DNA from: Chrysomallon squamiferum
Taxonomy: Eukaryota > Animalia > Mollusca
Direction: 5' to 3'
DNA: 64,000 nt
Assembly: GCA_012295275.1 (NCBI GenBank)
Contig: CM022678.1
Coordinates: 20,147,144 to 20,211,143 of the forward strand
Part shown: one piece after another, positions 39,615-53,145 of the stretch
Layout of the letters: each line of letters starts with the position of its first letter
How positions within the stretch are numbered: the stretch's first letter is position 1
Position numbers and translations under genes: made by a program
The notes under the pieces: model-generated
What the model saw: the letters and a program-made list of their open reading frames with translations, nothing else
Told to the model about the DNA's origin: nothing
The model's database searches: none

Positions 39615-39793
39615 AATTTGCTGGAGAAACCGGAGGAGAAGGAGTGTGTACAGGAGCACGCGTTGGCGATGGTGCAGTGCAAGGTTCTCAAGCAGCTGGA
39701 GTTGCTGGAAGGTCGAAAGTTCGACGACCCTGACATTGTCGATGACTTGAAGTTTGTTACTGAAAAGTTACTGTCCTCAGTGCAAGATCTTAG
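39615..39793 (+). CDS. ATP6V1H: ATP6V1H exon (NLLEKPEE…LLSSVQDL)
   Basis: tttAG…GTACA. Confidence 0.94.
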
Positions 39794-39803
39794 GTACATG
39801 TAT

Positions 39804-39842
<39 letters not shown>

Positions 39843-40145
39843 TTTTTTATTATTTTAATTATTTTAATTATTTTTTTATATATTTTGTTTGTATGATTTA
39901 GTTCATTGTACTGAATAATTGTGTGTGTGCGCGCATGTGTGTGTGTATTTATAGTTCATTCGTTATCATTGAAACCAAAGAAATTTATCACTTCTTTTAT
40001 CTGTTTGTTTATTTAAAATTTTGCTTTAGACAAAAGTCAGTTGTTTATAGCTGGTGAATACAGTTTTCAATTTTTATCTCTCTTTGGTTTACTTAAGAAG
40101 ATTTTTAAAAGGTCATTTTTTTAATTTAATTTTTATTTCATTCAG

Positions 40146-40271
40146 CTCATTTGATGAGTATTCTACTGAAGTGAAATCAGGCAGGTTGGAGTGGAGCCCT
40201 GTTCATAAATCTGACAGATTTTGGCGAGAAAATGCCCTTCGACTCAATGAGAAAAACTACGAATTACTCAA
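40146..40271 (+). CDS. ATP6V1H: ATP6V1H exon ([20 protein letters not shown]…NYELL)
   Basis: ttcAG…GTAGG. Confidence 0.95.
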
Positions 40272-40569
40272 GTAGGTTTTTAGTCTGCAACAAAGTAGCG
40301 TTATTGACCACTGTTATATTTTTGTCCTGTTTTTAATTTTATAAGAAAAAACAAAATGCAACATTAAATTTAAATTTAATATAATTTTACTTTCATTGAT
40401 TTGAATTTAAAATTTTTACAATTTGAACTGTTAAAGTTTTTGGTGGAGAATTTTGTTTCTTTTAAATGTTTAAACATGTGATAAATTGTTATCAAAATGT
40501 GTGGATAATCCAGTGTTTAAAATGATGTGATTATTTTTGTAAATAAATTTTGGTGTAAATCGTGTACAG

Positions 40570-40671
40570 GATTCTAGTTCGTCTGCTGGAAAGTAGCAGA
40601 GATCCACTGATTCTGTCTGTGGCTGCTCATGACATTGGTGAATATGTGCGATATTATCCAAGGGGCAAAAA
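40570..40671 (+). CDS. ATP6V1H: ATP6V1H exon ([33 protein letters not shown])
   Basis: tacAG…GTGAG. Confidence 0.95.
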
Positions 40672-41075
40672 GTGAGTAATCATGACATTGGTGAATACAT
40701 AGTATATTATCCAAGGTGTAAAAAAGTGAATAATCATGACATTGGTGAATACATAGTATATTATCCAAGGTGTAAAAAAGTGAATAATCATGACATTGGT
40801 GAATATGTTGGATATTATCCAAGTGGTAAAAAAAAGTGAGTAATTATGATGTAGGATATTATCAGAAGGGTAAAATGTGAAAACTTATAACACTGGTGAA
40901 TACATACGATATTACGCATGGGGTAAAATGTGAGTTGTTATGAAACTGATGAGTACATAAAACTATAATATTATCCATGGGTTGAAATTTCAGTAATTAT
41001 GACTTTGGTAAATATGTTGGACATTATCATTGTAAGTTGTGAAAGTGATGGTACATAAAAAAATATTATCCAGGC
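40628..41075 (+). repeat. 53-54-bp tandem repeat made of the last 44 exon nt plus the donor
   Basis: catgacattggtgaata…tattatccaag…aaaaGTGA at 40628, 40681, 40735 and 40789, then decaying copies. Confidence 0.9.
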
Positions 41076-41297
41076 ATTTCAGTAATTAAAACTGAGTAAT
41101 CAAAATATTATGAATAGATAAAATGAGTTAATCATTTTACTGTGAATAGATATGATAAGTTATTCGGTGCAATTTTTTCACATTAATATCTGATACAATT
41201 AAATATTCAGTCTGTTTTTTTTTTTTCACTGATGAGTTATTCATAATTCAGTGATGTTTTTCAGATATTAATAATGACTGATGTAGTTTTGGTTCAT

Positions 41298-41330
<33 letters not shown>

Positions 41331-41356
41331 CTAGTTTTCTTTAAATTTTCTTTCAG

Positions 41357-41470
41357 TATGATTGAACAGCTTGGAGCTAAGCAGCTGGTGATGCAGTACT
41401 TGAGTCATGAAGATCCAAATGTCCGATATGAGGCTCTCATAGCTGTTCAGAAGCTAATGGTTCATAACTG
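41357..41470 (+). CDS. ATP6V1H: ATP6V1H exon ([37 protein letters not shown])
   Basis: ttcAG…GTCAG. Confidence 0.95.
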
Positions 41471-41929
41471 GTCAGTTTGAACTCTCGTTTTTCAAGTTAC
41501 AACAGTTTTTTTCTTTTTTAATTGATTTTTTATTTTTTTTTTTTTTTGTTATTTCTTTCAATTGTTATTTGATTAATATTAATATATTTATTCATTTATT
41601 ATATATTGTACTTGACATTTTCTTCTTCTTTCATGTTATTTATTTTATTTATTTTTATGTTAATGTATTTTTTTAAATATATTATTGAATTATTAATGTT
41701 TGTAATAATGTCTTAGTTTTAATCTAGTCAGATTTGTTTAGTTATATTGACTAATTTTGATGGTTATTTATTTCTTTATTTCTTTATTGTTGTATTTTAA
41801 TAATTAATTTGTTGTAATTTGTAAAAAGGCAGTCCATTATCTCCTGATACGACAGATTGACTGTTTCTGTAATAAGTGTAGTGCTTACTTAAAAGATATT
41901 CTATTTTCTGTAAATTGATTCAAATTCAT

Positions 41930-42450
41930 GAACTGCTGTTGCATAGCAGATTGACTGAAGTCCATGAATTACTTCTGCATATAACAGAATGACTTGAGAA
42001 CATGAATAGTCTTTTTATAACAGCTTGACTCTAATCTGTAAAGAGTCAAGTCCATGAATTGTCCTTAAATAACAGAATGACTCTATTCCAAAAACAGTCA
42101 AATCCATGATCCTTCTTTTATGATAACAGATTGACTATTTTGTTTATGAGTCATGTCCATGAACTGTCCAGATATAACAGATTGAACATTCTATAAAGTC
42201 AGGTTCATGAACTGTCTTATGTAACAGTTTGACTATATTCTGTAAAGTCAGGTTTATGATATGCAACACATTGATTGACTATTTTGTAATTTATTCTCTA
42301 AAGCGTCAAGTCCATTAACTGTCCTTATATAACAGATTGACTATATTCTATAAAGTCAGGTTCGAGAACTGTCCTCATATAACAGACTGACTCTGTTTTG
42401 TAGTGAGTCAGTTCCATGATTCATTGTCCTTGAATACAAATTGACTGTGT
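41930..42450 (+). repeat. Degenerate ~50-60 bp intronic tandem repeat (taacagattgactat…agtcaagtccatgaactgtc)
   Basis: about 9 diverged copies. Confidence 0.7.
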
Positions 42451-42654
42451 AATCAACAAAACAGTGAAATCAAGTTTACGACGCTGTCCTATTTTGTCAG
42501 ATTCTCAACCAACAAAACCTGAAGGGTTAACACATTTATATTAACAGTGTTGCTCTACTGAGACTCGACTCACTGAGATCTCACACAGTGGATCTGCACT
42601 GCTCTGTATCTCCTTTGTTAAATGTTCACAGTGTTTGTTTGTTTTTAATGACAG

Positions 42655-42733
42655 GGAGTATTTGGGCAAGCAGCTCGAAGTTGGAGAGCCAGCAAAGAAG
42701 GAGATGCCAGGACTGACAGCTGCAAAAGCGTAG
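42655..42733 (+). CDS. ATP6V1H: ATP6V1H terminal exon (EYLGKQLEVGEPAKKEMPGLTAAKA*)
   Basis: gacAG acceptor, TAG stop. Confidence 0.92.
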
Positions 42734-42901
42734 TTGTGTCACCCCATTGGGCTCACTGAGTTAGTGCTGCCCATAGCCTGATGTTGTAATCAACTGTTAC
42801 ATTATGACGTGAATTTGGAGATTATCTAATTAAATAAATTCAACATATCATATCATATCAATTAAGTGAATTCAGATGTGTATGAGTTTAAGTGAATTGA
42901 A

Positions 42902-42952
<51 letters not shown>

Positions 42953-44362
42953 TGCATTTAAGTGATTTCAGACATACTGGATAAAATCAAATTAACTCGT
43001 ATATATTCAATGAACTCTGATATCAAGACAGCTGTACTGTCTTAAAATGTACATTAAAATATATGAATTCAGACATTGTATGTATTTCAGTCTGTTCTTT
43101 CATGTTGAATTTGCTTCACTGAACTTAGATATTACATCAGTTCATACATATTGTTTTAACATCAGAGAATTGATGTATTACATAAATTTCAGTGAATTGC
43201 AATATAATATAATTTAAATGAATTGAGACAAATATCTCTGAATAGCGGTATAATCTAATTTCAACAAATTGAGACAAATATCAGTGAATTGAGACCTTGT
43301 ACAGGTTCTAGTGAATTTGTATAGATAACAGTGTATTGTGTGAATTATTTAAGAGATAGTGTTTGAATTAAGAACATTTTTACAAACTAAGAGAACTAGA
43401 TCAGATCAGGTAGTCTGTATTAGTAAATTCAGGTTTAGAGGTTGATGTTGTGTATCAGGGATTGATTTTACAATAAACAGAAGACTATTGTATTCAAAAT
43501 TAAGAATTGTTTCTCAATACCATTCCTCCTTAAACACACACGCACATATATATAGTGAGCATATATATGGACACAAATTAATTTATATATTCACGATTTT
43601 ACAGGTATAAGTACACACTGATAAAAGCAAAGACAAGTAAATATATGAACATAAAAAGACAGACACACAGATATACTTTGGTATGTACAGACACATAGAC
43701 AACCATCTGTTTATATTCAATTGAACGTTAAATTCCTTGATATATTATATTTTATAACTTAAAAATGACTTTTAAAATCTTTCGTTTGTTCATTTATATA
43801 TTTATTTATTCATTAATTATTATTATTATTATTATTATTTGTTTTTTGTTCTCATTAAATATTAATACTAAAGACCAGTATTTGTTTTCTTATGAATTAC
43901 AGCTTTATGAAAAAGAATTCTTTGTACTGCTTATCAGAGTGAAAACACAGCCTTATGTTAAAACTTTTGTTGAAGCAGCATCTGAACTGTAAGCTAAAAG
44001 TTTATCTGCTCTGTTTTCTTTTTAGTTATTTTCATTGTTATATCAAGCAAACAGTAAAGTTTGTTTTCTTGAACGTTCTGTTTTCAAAATCTGTTTACAT
44101 TGTTCTTTTTTCTGTTAAATTAATTTTACATTCTTATTCAGTCAGCTCCCAGTTTATGATGATTGAGACAAATGCCAGGTTTGAAATTGAACGAAAATGA
44201 AAGGGAAGAAAAAAAAAAAAAAAAAAAAAATGTATATATATTAATAAATGAAAAAAGTAAAAATTATTATATTTTTAATTAAAGCGAATTTTTTAAATAT
44301 TAATTTTAGTGGTGAAAAAATTATTCTAACATCGTTTATTTAAATAAAAGCAATGTATTTTT

Positions 44363-44410
<48 letters not shown>

Positions 44411-44524
44411 TCAGTTTATAACACAATTGTGTAAAGTCTGTCATTGTATAAAGGCTGGCAGTATATATATAGTCATTTGAATCATAAAGAGTATTTCTGC
44501 ACAAAATAACCAATAATGATGATG

Positions 44525-44570
<46 letters not shown>

Positions 44571-44942
44571 TAAAAACAAAACAAAAAAAAAGTGTTAAAA
44601 TAAAATAAATAAATGGAAACTATGGTATCTCTCACAAACATAGAGTTCGGTGAGCTGCTGATTTTTAGAAACTAATTAATTTTCATTTGGGTAAACTAAC
44701 ACAATTAACATGTGACCAATAATACAGCGTTTGTTTATGATAACTACGGATTTGTTTGTTTGTTTGATTATTTTTATTTATTTATTTTACTTATTATTTT
44801 TTTTTCATTTTATTTACGTTTGTTTATTTATTTTCATTTTTAATTTAATATATTTTCTTAACAAAATTCTCTTTTAAAATTATGTATTTGAATTGTTTAT
44901 AACTAATCATTTAAATCTATTATTGTTATTAATTTACTTATT

Positions 44943-44981
<39 letters not shown>

Positions 44982-45689
44982 TTTATTTAATTACTAATTA
45001 TTATAACCTTACTTATTGATTTATTCATTATTTATTTATTTATTTTGTTTGTTTGTTTTTCAGTATAAATACAGACTATATAAGATTTAATCCTGGTTGT
45101 TATGATAAGAAGACAACATATTAAAAACATGTTTTTTTTTAATTTTAATTTTTTCTATATATATTTTTTTTTTTTTTATTATTATATATATATATTTTTT
45201 TTTTTTCAAAAGACTAAAAGAAAAAAAAAGTAATAATAATAAATAAATACATAAATAATAAAAAAAAAAAAAAATGGAAAAAATTAGAAACTCCATATGT
45301 CAGAGATATTTGCACGTAATTATAATATAAAAATTAAAATATCTGACAGGTAAAAGATCATGCAGAAACTTGTTATATATTAGTCTGTTATAGAATAAGA
45401 GAACTTTCATTTGTTAATCAATATAATGCATAGTGTGTTTGTTAGATGTTTGAATATGCGTTCGTTTCACAGTACTCTTTAGAAACCTTGATCCATTCAT
45501 TTAACTTTATTATCCTGGTCTTTCCTAAATAACGCAGTGAGTTTTTATTCACTTTAGATAATCCGATAACTAGTAACAAGGAATGATGATGATGATGATG
45601 ATGATGATAATAATAATCATTTGTTATCCAGTACCATTCTTATCTTTCTTCTTCGTGTAATTATTCTTTTCCTATCATTATTGTTTTAC

Positions 45690-45732
<43 letters not shown>

Positions 45733-48185
45733 ATAACTGGTGTGATAAAGCTACATAAAGATGATATTTATATACTACTGTGATCAGGGACACAATTCCA
45801 TTTTTGAATAGATCATGTTTTAAAATGAAATAAATATTACTGTCAAAATTCTGCTTTATTTTATTCCTTCATATTTAATTTCTAGAAAAAAAATCTCTAA
45901 TAAGAAAATGGCATTTAGCCTTTTGAAATCAACTATCACGTACTTCAGAAATGACAACATAACTCGTGATGCAGTTTTCACCAGGGGAGCATAAAAGAGG
46001 GATAGCTACCTCATGTAGCCTGAATAACATGCATACTGATTCAAAAATCGGTTAGTAGATTAAGAAAAGACGAGGAAGAAAAAAAATAAAACGTTTATTT
46101 TTTATTTTATTTTTGTAGTTACAATCGGTTTTCTTCACATCAAACAAGTCCTCACTTAAACTAAGCATTTTATCTAATTAACACTAAGGCTCGCAGTATT
46201 TATTTATTTATTTATTTATTTCGTTTTTCAGTTTAAATGCAGAACGTCTACACTTTTATTGCTAAAGAGCGAAATCACTCAGACGTATTTCTAAATGTTT
46301 CCGCTGATCGGAATATTTACCGTATTTTTCTAATTCGACTAAAATTAGTCATGAGTGCTTTCACTTTGTTTAATCACGTTCGTTATGTCACGTTTCTAAA
46401 TGTGTCTATTAATCCAGCATTCAGTTACACAAACCAAACAAGTTCATTGAATTACGTTTTTTGTTTGGTTTTTTATTATTATTTTGCTAATTCTACGAAA
46501 ATGACTAATTCGAGGTTTCAGTTTGTTTAATCGCTAAACAGGTAAATTTCATGGAAAATAATAATAGCATTAAAATATACCTCTGATTCACGAATTGTCT
46601 TTTGAGAGATAAGGGGCTATAATTAGAAGGAAGTAAAATGCACATACAGAAGCAGCACGTAAAACCAGACGTTGAATAGAAATTGAGCTTAGCTAAGAAA
46701 AGACAAGATCTCGTAAATCAACGGGAAAGAAGTTTTTCAGTCCAGTAAAATTTAGATGGTCTAAGTTTTACTTTTCTATAGGTCAGAACACTGGGAAGAA
46801 AAAGAAAGGAAAAAATAACAACACATATAATAATAATAACAAAATCCTTCATCAGTTTGATATTGCTTTCAAAATAAGAATATTGTTTTAAAAATATTAC
46901 CTTATTTGAAAACAATTCATACCAAGCTTTTACAATTTACCATCACTGAACAAGCTCATGAAAAGGAAATAAAAACAACACACTCTACACTTTTTATCAA
47001 AAACCTTTCTCTAAGCCATTCTTCACTAATAATAAGTAGAAATTACATAACCGTCTTTTATATACTATTCTTTATTAATAATAATGTAATAATTGCAGAA
47101 CCTTTCTATACCATAATTTAATAATAATAAAGTAATAACAAATTTCTTCCTCTGTAGACCATTCTTTATTAACACTAAAATATCTCATCTATGAAATCTA
47201 AATTAAGAAAAAAAAATAACAAACAAGTTCATACTAAACTTTCCATCAATATCAACACATTAACTTAAACTTCAGCTTAGGTTAAAAAAAATGTAAAACA
47301 CGTAAATCGACGGGAAAGGCTTTTGAAACCAGTAAAACTTTTATGGACAAATACAAATTATTATTATATAAAGCTGAGACAGAAATTTCCTCTTCTTTTT
47401 TATTCTGTATTTATTGAAATTTTGAAGCTGGTCATTTTGTTTCTTATTCTCTGGCGCAAGCACTACAGAGCTGTGATTCCTTAAATTTATACAAATACGG
47501 AAAGAAAACTTTATCACTTATTTATTTATTTATTTATTTGTTATTATTTATTTATTTATTTTATTTTTATTAATATTATTATCATTATTATTATTATTTC
47601 CTGCAAACCGTTTCACACAGTAGACATGATATTTCTCGATGTGTTCGTTGATCCGAATATTTGGCATATTTCTCAGTTTTTACAAGAATTAGTCATGTGT
47701 GCTTTGTCTTTGTTTAATCGCGTTCACGAAAATTAATAGTTGAATTATGTAGAAAATAAATATATAAAGTAGCTTTAAATTTTGTATTGGATATCACATT
47801 TCTGAATGGTTTGATTTACCCAGTATCTAGTTGCACAAACCAAATAACTTCGCTGAACGAACGTAAACCTTATACTTCTAATTGCACTAAATACGTTCAT
47901 TTATCCAGCATCTAGTTACACAAAACAGATAAGTTCGCTGAACGGACGCAAACCTTCTACTTCTATTACCACGAAAATTACTAACACATTGTTTCAGTGT
48001 GTTTAATCACGTTTACTAAATAACTAAATTTAGTGGAAAATACTGTTAAAGCAAAGGATTAAAAAAAAAATATCTTATTGACAAATTTTATTTAGTTTTA
48101 TTTTCTACAGATTACAACTGTGCAATAGAAAAACATCACAATAACAACAACAGTAACAACAACAACAACAATAACAACAATAACA

Positions 48186-48241
<56 letters not shown>

Positions 48242-48980
48242 CAATACTACTAATAATGTCCCTAAACAATTTGTCTGGCTTTCGAAATAATATTTTCTTT
48301 ACTATTTAAATCTGCACAGAATAATGCAGTATTACAAAGCATTTTTACACAGCTTTTACGACGATCATATCGTCTTTCTAAACGATTCGTGGAATTTAAA
48401 ACGAAAATAGAAAGAAGTCACTTATATAACACTGACAGTTAGTTTCGCAGTAAGGAACATCCAGAGAGAACGTGTAAGTTTGATTTAAAAAATATTTTTC
48501 CGATCATATACTTTATATTTAACTAAGAATTTATTCATTACTTATCCATTAAGTTATAACAATACTTCTCGAATAGTTAACTGATATAATAAGTTATATC
48601 TACAATTAAGTGCAATATACAAATACCCACGAAGCAAATAACAGAACAAATTAACTAAAAATTCAGCTTAGTTCAAAACCGTAAGAAAATGTAAATCGAT
48701 GATAAAATTTTGATAGCGTAATAAAAATTAGAATCTTTTAAAGGTAAAACAACTATTGGGTTGTCTTTCTTTTTCTCTTTTACATTTTATTTTTTTTAAA
48801 TTCTATTTTCATTTTTATGTAATTTAATTTAAAACTGTGAAGCAGGTCATTTTGTTTATTATTGTCTGGCCCAAACACTCAAATTAAAATAAATCGAGAA
48901 AGAAAACTAAGTAGAGCTGTGAGTTGTGTATAGGATAGTATTACTTCATCCTAACGACCGTGATATTCTTCTTCTTCTTC

Positions 48981-49011
<31 letters not shown>

Positions 49012-49523
49012 TGTTGTTGTTGTTGCTGCTGTTCTTGTTGTAGTTATTGAACTAAATGGAACAAGAAGAGACCACTCATATTTATTCATTGTTTTTCTTA
49101 CATGCTATTTCTAAAGGTGTTCATTGATCCGAATATATGTATATACCTTATTTTTCTACTTCCACGAAAATTAGTCACATGTGCTCTGTTTTTGTGTAAT
49201 CACGTTTGATAAAATTAATAGTTAAATTAGGTAGAAAATAATTATTTGGTAGAAAATATTTATTTGATATCATATTTCTAAATCGTGCATCCATCCAGTA
49301 TCTAGTTGCACAGACCAAATAAGTTCACTGAACGAACGTCTACCTTATACTTCTCTTTCCACGAAAATTACTAATGTATAGTTTCAGTTTGTTTAATCAC
49401 TTTTACTAAATAACTAAATTTAGTGGAAAATACTGCTCAAGTAAAGGATTAAAAGATATATCTTATTCACAAATTTTATTTAGTTTTACTTTCTGCAGAT
49501 TAGAACCCTGCTACAGAAAAACA

Positions 49524-49596
<73 letters not shown>

Positions 49597-49885
49597 TCCC
49601 ATGATCAATTTGTATGGCATTTCAAATAATACTGTCTTTAATATTTGAACCTAAACGTAATATTACCCTATTATAAAATATTTTTCACATAGCTTTTACA
49701 AGACTCATGTCGTCTTTCTGAACCAATTCGTGGAATTCAGAAACGTGGAATGTAGAAAGAAGTCATAGAGAAAGAAATATTAGGGACATATGAGTTTTGT
49801 ACAGGATAGTATTATTTGATCTGAACGAGCCTGACAGCAACTATAGGAATCGAAATATTTTATTTTATTTTATTTTTCGATATTA

Positions 49886-49932
<47 letters not shown>

Positions 49933-49992
49933 TAGTGGAAAATACTGTTCAAGTTAGAATTAAGAACTATCTTAAGAAAAAATTCTATTTAA

Positions 49993-50032
<40 letters not shown>

Positions 50033-50462
50033 TTGCTTCAAACGGTTTCACGCAGTACACATTATATTTGTCGATGAGTTCGTTGATCTGAATATTTGGC
50101 ATATGTTTCAAATTTCACGAAGATTAGTCCTGTGTATTTTGACTTTGATCACATTCACTGAAATTAATACTAAGTTACGTAGAAAATAAATATAAACTTC
50201 GTTTTAAATTTTGTATTTGATATCACACTTGTAAATATGTTGATTCATCCAGTATCTAGTTACACAAGTCACATAAATTCGCTGAACGAACGTACACCTT
50301 ATACTTCTATTTCCACGAAAATTACTAATGCGTGGTTTTAGTTTGTTTACTCACGTTTACTAAATATCTTGGTTTAAAGTTATAATTAAAAAATACATCT
50401 TATTAATGAACTTTATTTAGTTTCATTTCTCTGGAGGTCAGAACACCGCGAAAGACAAACAG

Positions 50463-50521
<59 letters not shown>

Positions 50522-51207
50522 GAAAATAATAATAGCAATGGTAATAATAATGCCTCATGAACAGTTTTTAAATCTGGTATTCCGATCATAGACTTTATCT
50601 TTAATTAATAGTTTACTCATTACTTGTCAATTAAATCATATGTATGATTTACGAATAATTAACTGATATATAAATTATAACTACAAGGAAGTGTAATATA
50701 CAAATACCCTTAAAGCAAGAAAAACAAAAATTAAGAAAGTTTAAGAACACGTATCGACGGAAATGTTTTTTTTTTTGTTTTTGTTTTTGGAACCAATAAG
50801 AATTTTAGAACCTGATAGAAATATGGTGTTTACAAAAAAGTAACACAAAGATTTCCTTGTTCATTTTTATTTATTTATTTATTTTTTATTTATTATTTTC
50901 TATTATCTATTTATTATTAATTCAATTATTGTTATTATTATTAAAATTATTATTATTATTATTAGTAGTAGTAGTATTATTATTGTTTGCTGTAAAGGGT
51001 TTTCACGCAGTAGATGTGTTCGTTGATCGTAATAGTTATCACTCTTCACAAAATAATATTTAAGTTAGCATTAAAGTACGTATCTGGTTAATAAATTGCA
51101 TTTTGATCTGTAACACTGTAAGGAAGTATAATAAACAAACACATAAAAAGCGAACAACACAAGACGTAAAATAAAATTCAACTTTGCTAAGAAAAGACAA
51201 TATGTTA

Positions 51208-51292
<85 letters not shown>

Positions 51293-51691
51293 ATCAATAT
51301 ATATATATAAAACAAGAAATAATAATAATAATAAATAGAAATAAAATTAGGAAGGCCTTGAGATCAGACTGATCTCGATATTCACATAAATAATTTTTTT
51401 ATAGATATTATGTAATTAAATTTTAATATTTAAAGCTACACACATTCTGTCAAAAGAACTCAGTATTTTATTGTAATAGTAACTTAATAATAAAATGAAC
51501 TAATAAAGTGTAAAGCACGTAGATATAATAAGGAGTCTTGGTCACGAATGTATTTATATTGTTGTCATGTCGCAAGTTCATAATATTACCTTATTAGGTG
51601 ACATCCCTTATATAGCTTTCTCATTGACTATATAGTTTTATTGTATCGACTTCTAGAATTTCAATAAGGAAACTAGACACCTGATTACATA

Positions 51692-51774
51692 TATATAAAA
51701 CTGAAAAGGTAAAGCTATCCCAGTCTTTAACTGTTCGTTTGAGAGTAAGGAAGAACCAGCGAGAACGTGTAAGT
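51692..51774 (+). promoter_or_regulatory. Putative TATA box and non-coding first exon (donor GTAAGT at 51769) of TPR-TIR copy 1
   Basis: TATATAAAA at 51692; the motif gtaaggaa…gagaa.gtGTAAGTttgatttaa is conserved at 48450-48490 and 61050-61090. Confidence 0.45.
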
Positions 51775-51824
51775 TTGATTTAAGTTTTGTTATTACGATC
51801 AGGTACTGGATATTTAAGTAATAT

Positions 51825-52016
51825 TTTATTCATTACTTGTGCATTAAAATATAACATTCTTTCATTACTTGTGCATTAAAATATAAAATTCATTCATTAC
51901 TTGTGCATTAAAATATAACATTCATTCATTACTTGTGCATTAAAATATAAAAGTCATTCATTACTTGTGCATTGCAGTATCAAATTCATTCATTACTTGT
52001 GCATTAAAATATAAAA
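51825..52016 (+). repeat. 32-bp minisatellite (ttcattacttgtgcattaaaatataacattca) x6
   Basis: direct reading; a single unit is present in the paralogous region near 61135. Confidence 0.88.
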
Positions 52017-52451
52017 TATGTAAATTATAACTACCACGAAATGGAATACACAAACAGACAAGTAGCAGATAACACAACACATTAAGTCAAATTTCATCTT
52101 AGTTCAGAAATAAAAGGATCACATAAATCGATGCGAATGTTTACTGAAACCAGAAGGATTTTGATGCCCTAAATAAAATTAAGATTTACAGAAGCCTGAG
52201 AGAAAAATATTTTTATTATTAATATTATTATTTTATTATTTTATTTTTATACATTTAAAACGTAGACGCAGGTGATTTCGTTGATTATTCTCTGAAGCAA
52301 ACAAGAAACGTGTGCTCCTGTAAAAAGAAAAAAAGAAAATTCCTGCTAAAACTGTTTAATAAATATTTCTTATACCTTACGGGTGTCTTTACTCGCTATA
52401 GTTATTTAGTTTCATTTCTCTGAAGATCAGAACCCTGCGAAGGAAAAACAG

Positions 52452-52499
<48 letters not shown>

Positions 52500-52500
52500 T

Positions 52501-52565
<65 letters not shown>

Positions 52566-52676
52566 CACAAAAAGAAAAGGAAGAAGAACAGATTGATTTT
52601 GGTACGTTCCAGAGAAAAGTACAGAGGAGCTAAAACACAATATTAATAAAATATTTTGTGACTTTATTTTAGGATA

Positions 52677-52740
52677 ATGGCTGCGAAAACAGAGCAAAAC
52701 ACAACGACATTAGAGAAAGATTTTGGAAGGATCAACATTG
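52677..52740 (+). CDS. TPR-TIR copy 1, short first coding exon (MAAKTEQNTTTLEKDFGRINI)
   Basis: tttAG at 52672, ATG at 52677, G|GTGAGA donor; phase 1 joins 53146; a homologous exon precedes copy 3. Confidence 0.8.
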
Positions 52741-52901
52741 GTGAGAAATACCAGTTACAATGATAGTGAAATATTTGTATTATGTTGCATGACACCTTCA
52801 GCTGACACTCTTCTGCTTATCTTAATAAATACAACATTCTCTCACAGATATCCAAACTGAAATCTACATAAAAAGCACATACACACAGATACATTTATAT
52901 A

Positions 52902-52902
<1 letters not shown>

Positions 52903-52985
<83 letters not shown>
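52903..52985. repeat. (AG)n microsatellite in the intron of TPR-TIR copy 1; also at the same position in copy 2 (56816-56909) and copy 3 (63124-63238)
   Basis: direct reading. Confidence 0.9.
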
Positions 52986-53145
52986 GCAGAAAACATAACA
53001 TTTTCTGATTACTTCTCATTAATTTAAAAAAAGAAAACAAAAGAAAAACAAAAATGAAAAATTTACACTACATATTTTAATGAACGGATTCTTTTCGATC
53101 CGTATTTCTTCACCAAATTCGAATTACTTACATTTTATTTTTCAG

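Larger units (their letters stand above)
33495..42733 (+). other. ATP6V1H: V-type proton ATPase subunit H gene, 13 clear coding exons
   Basis: all exons GT-AG and phase-consistent; [79 protein letters not shown]. Confidence 0.97.
46280..52470. repeat. Mosaic of diverged duplicated non-coding blocks upstream of the TPR-TIR gene
   Basis: block gttcgttgatccgaatat…atccagtatctagttgcaca…ccacgaaaattactaa…gtttaatcacgtttactaaa near 46290, 47640, 49115 and 50075. Confidence 0.8.
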
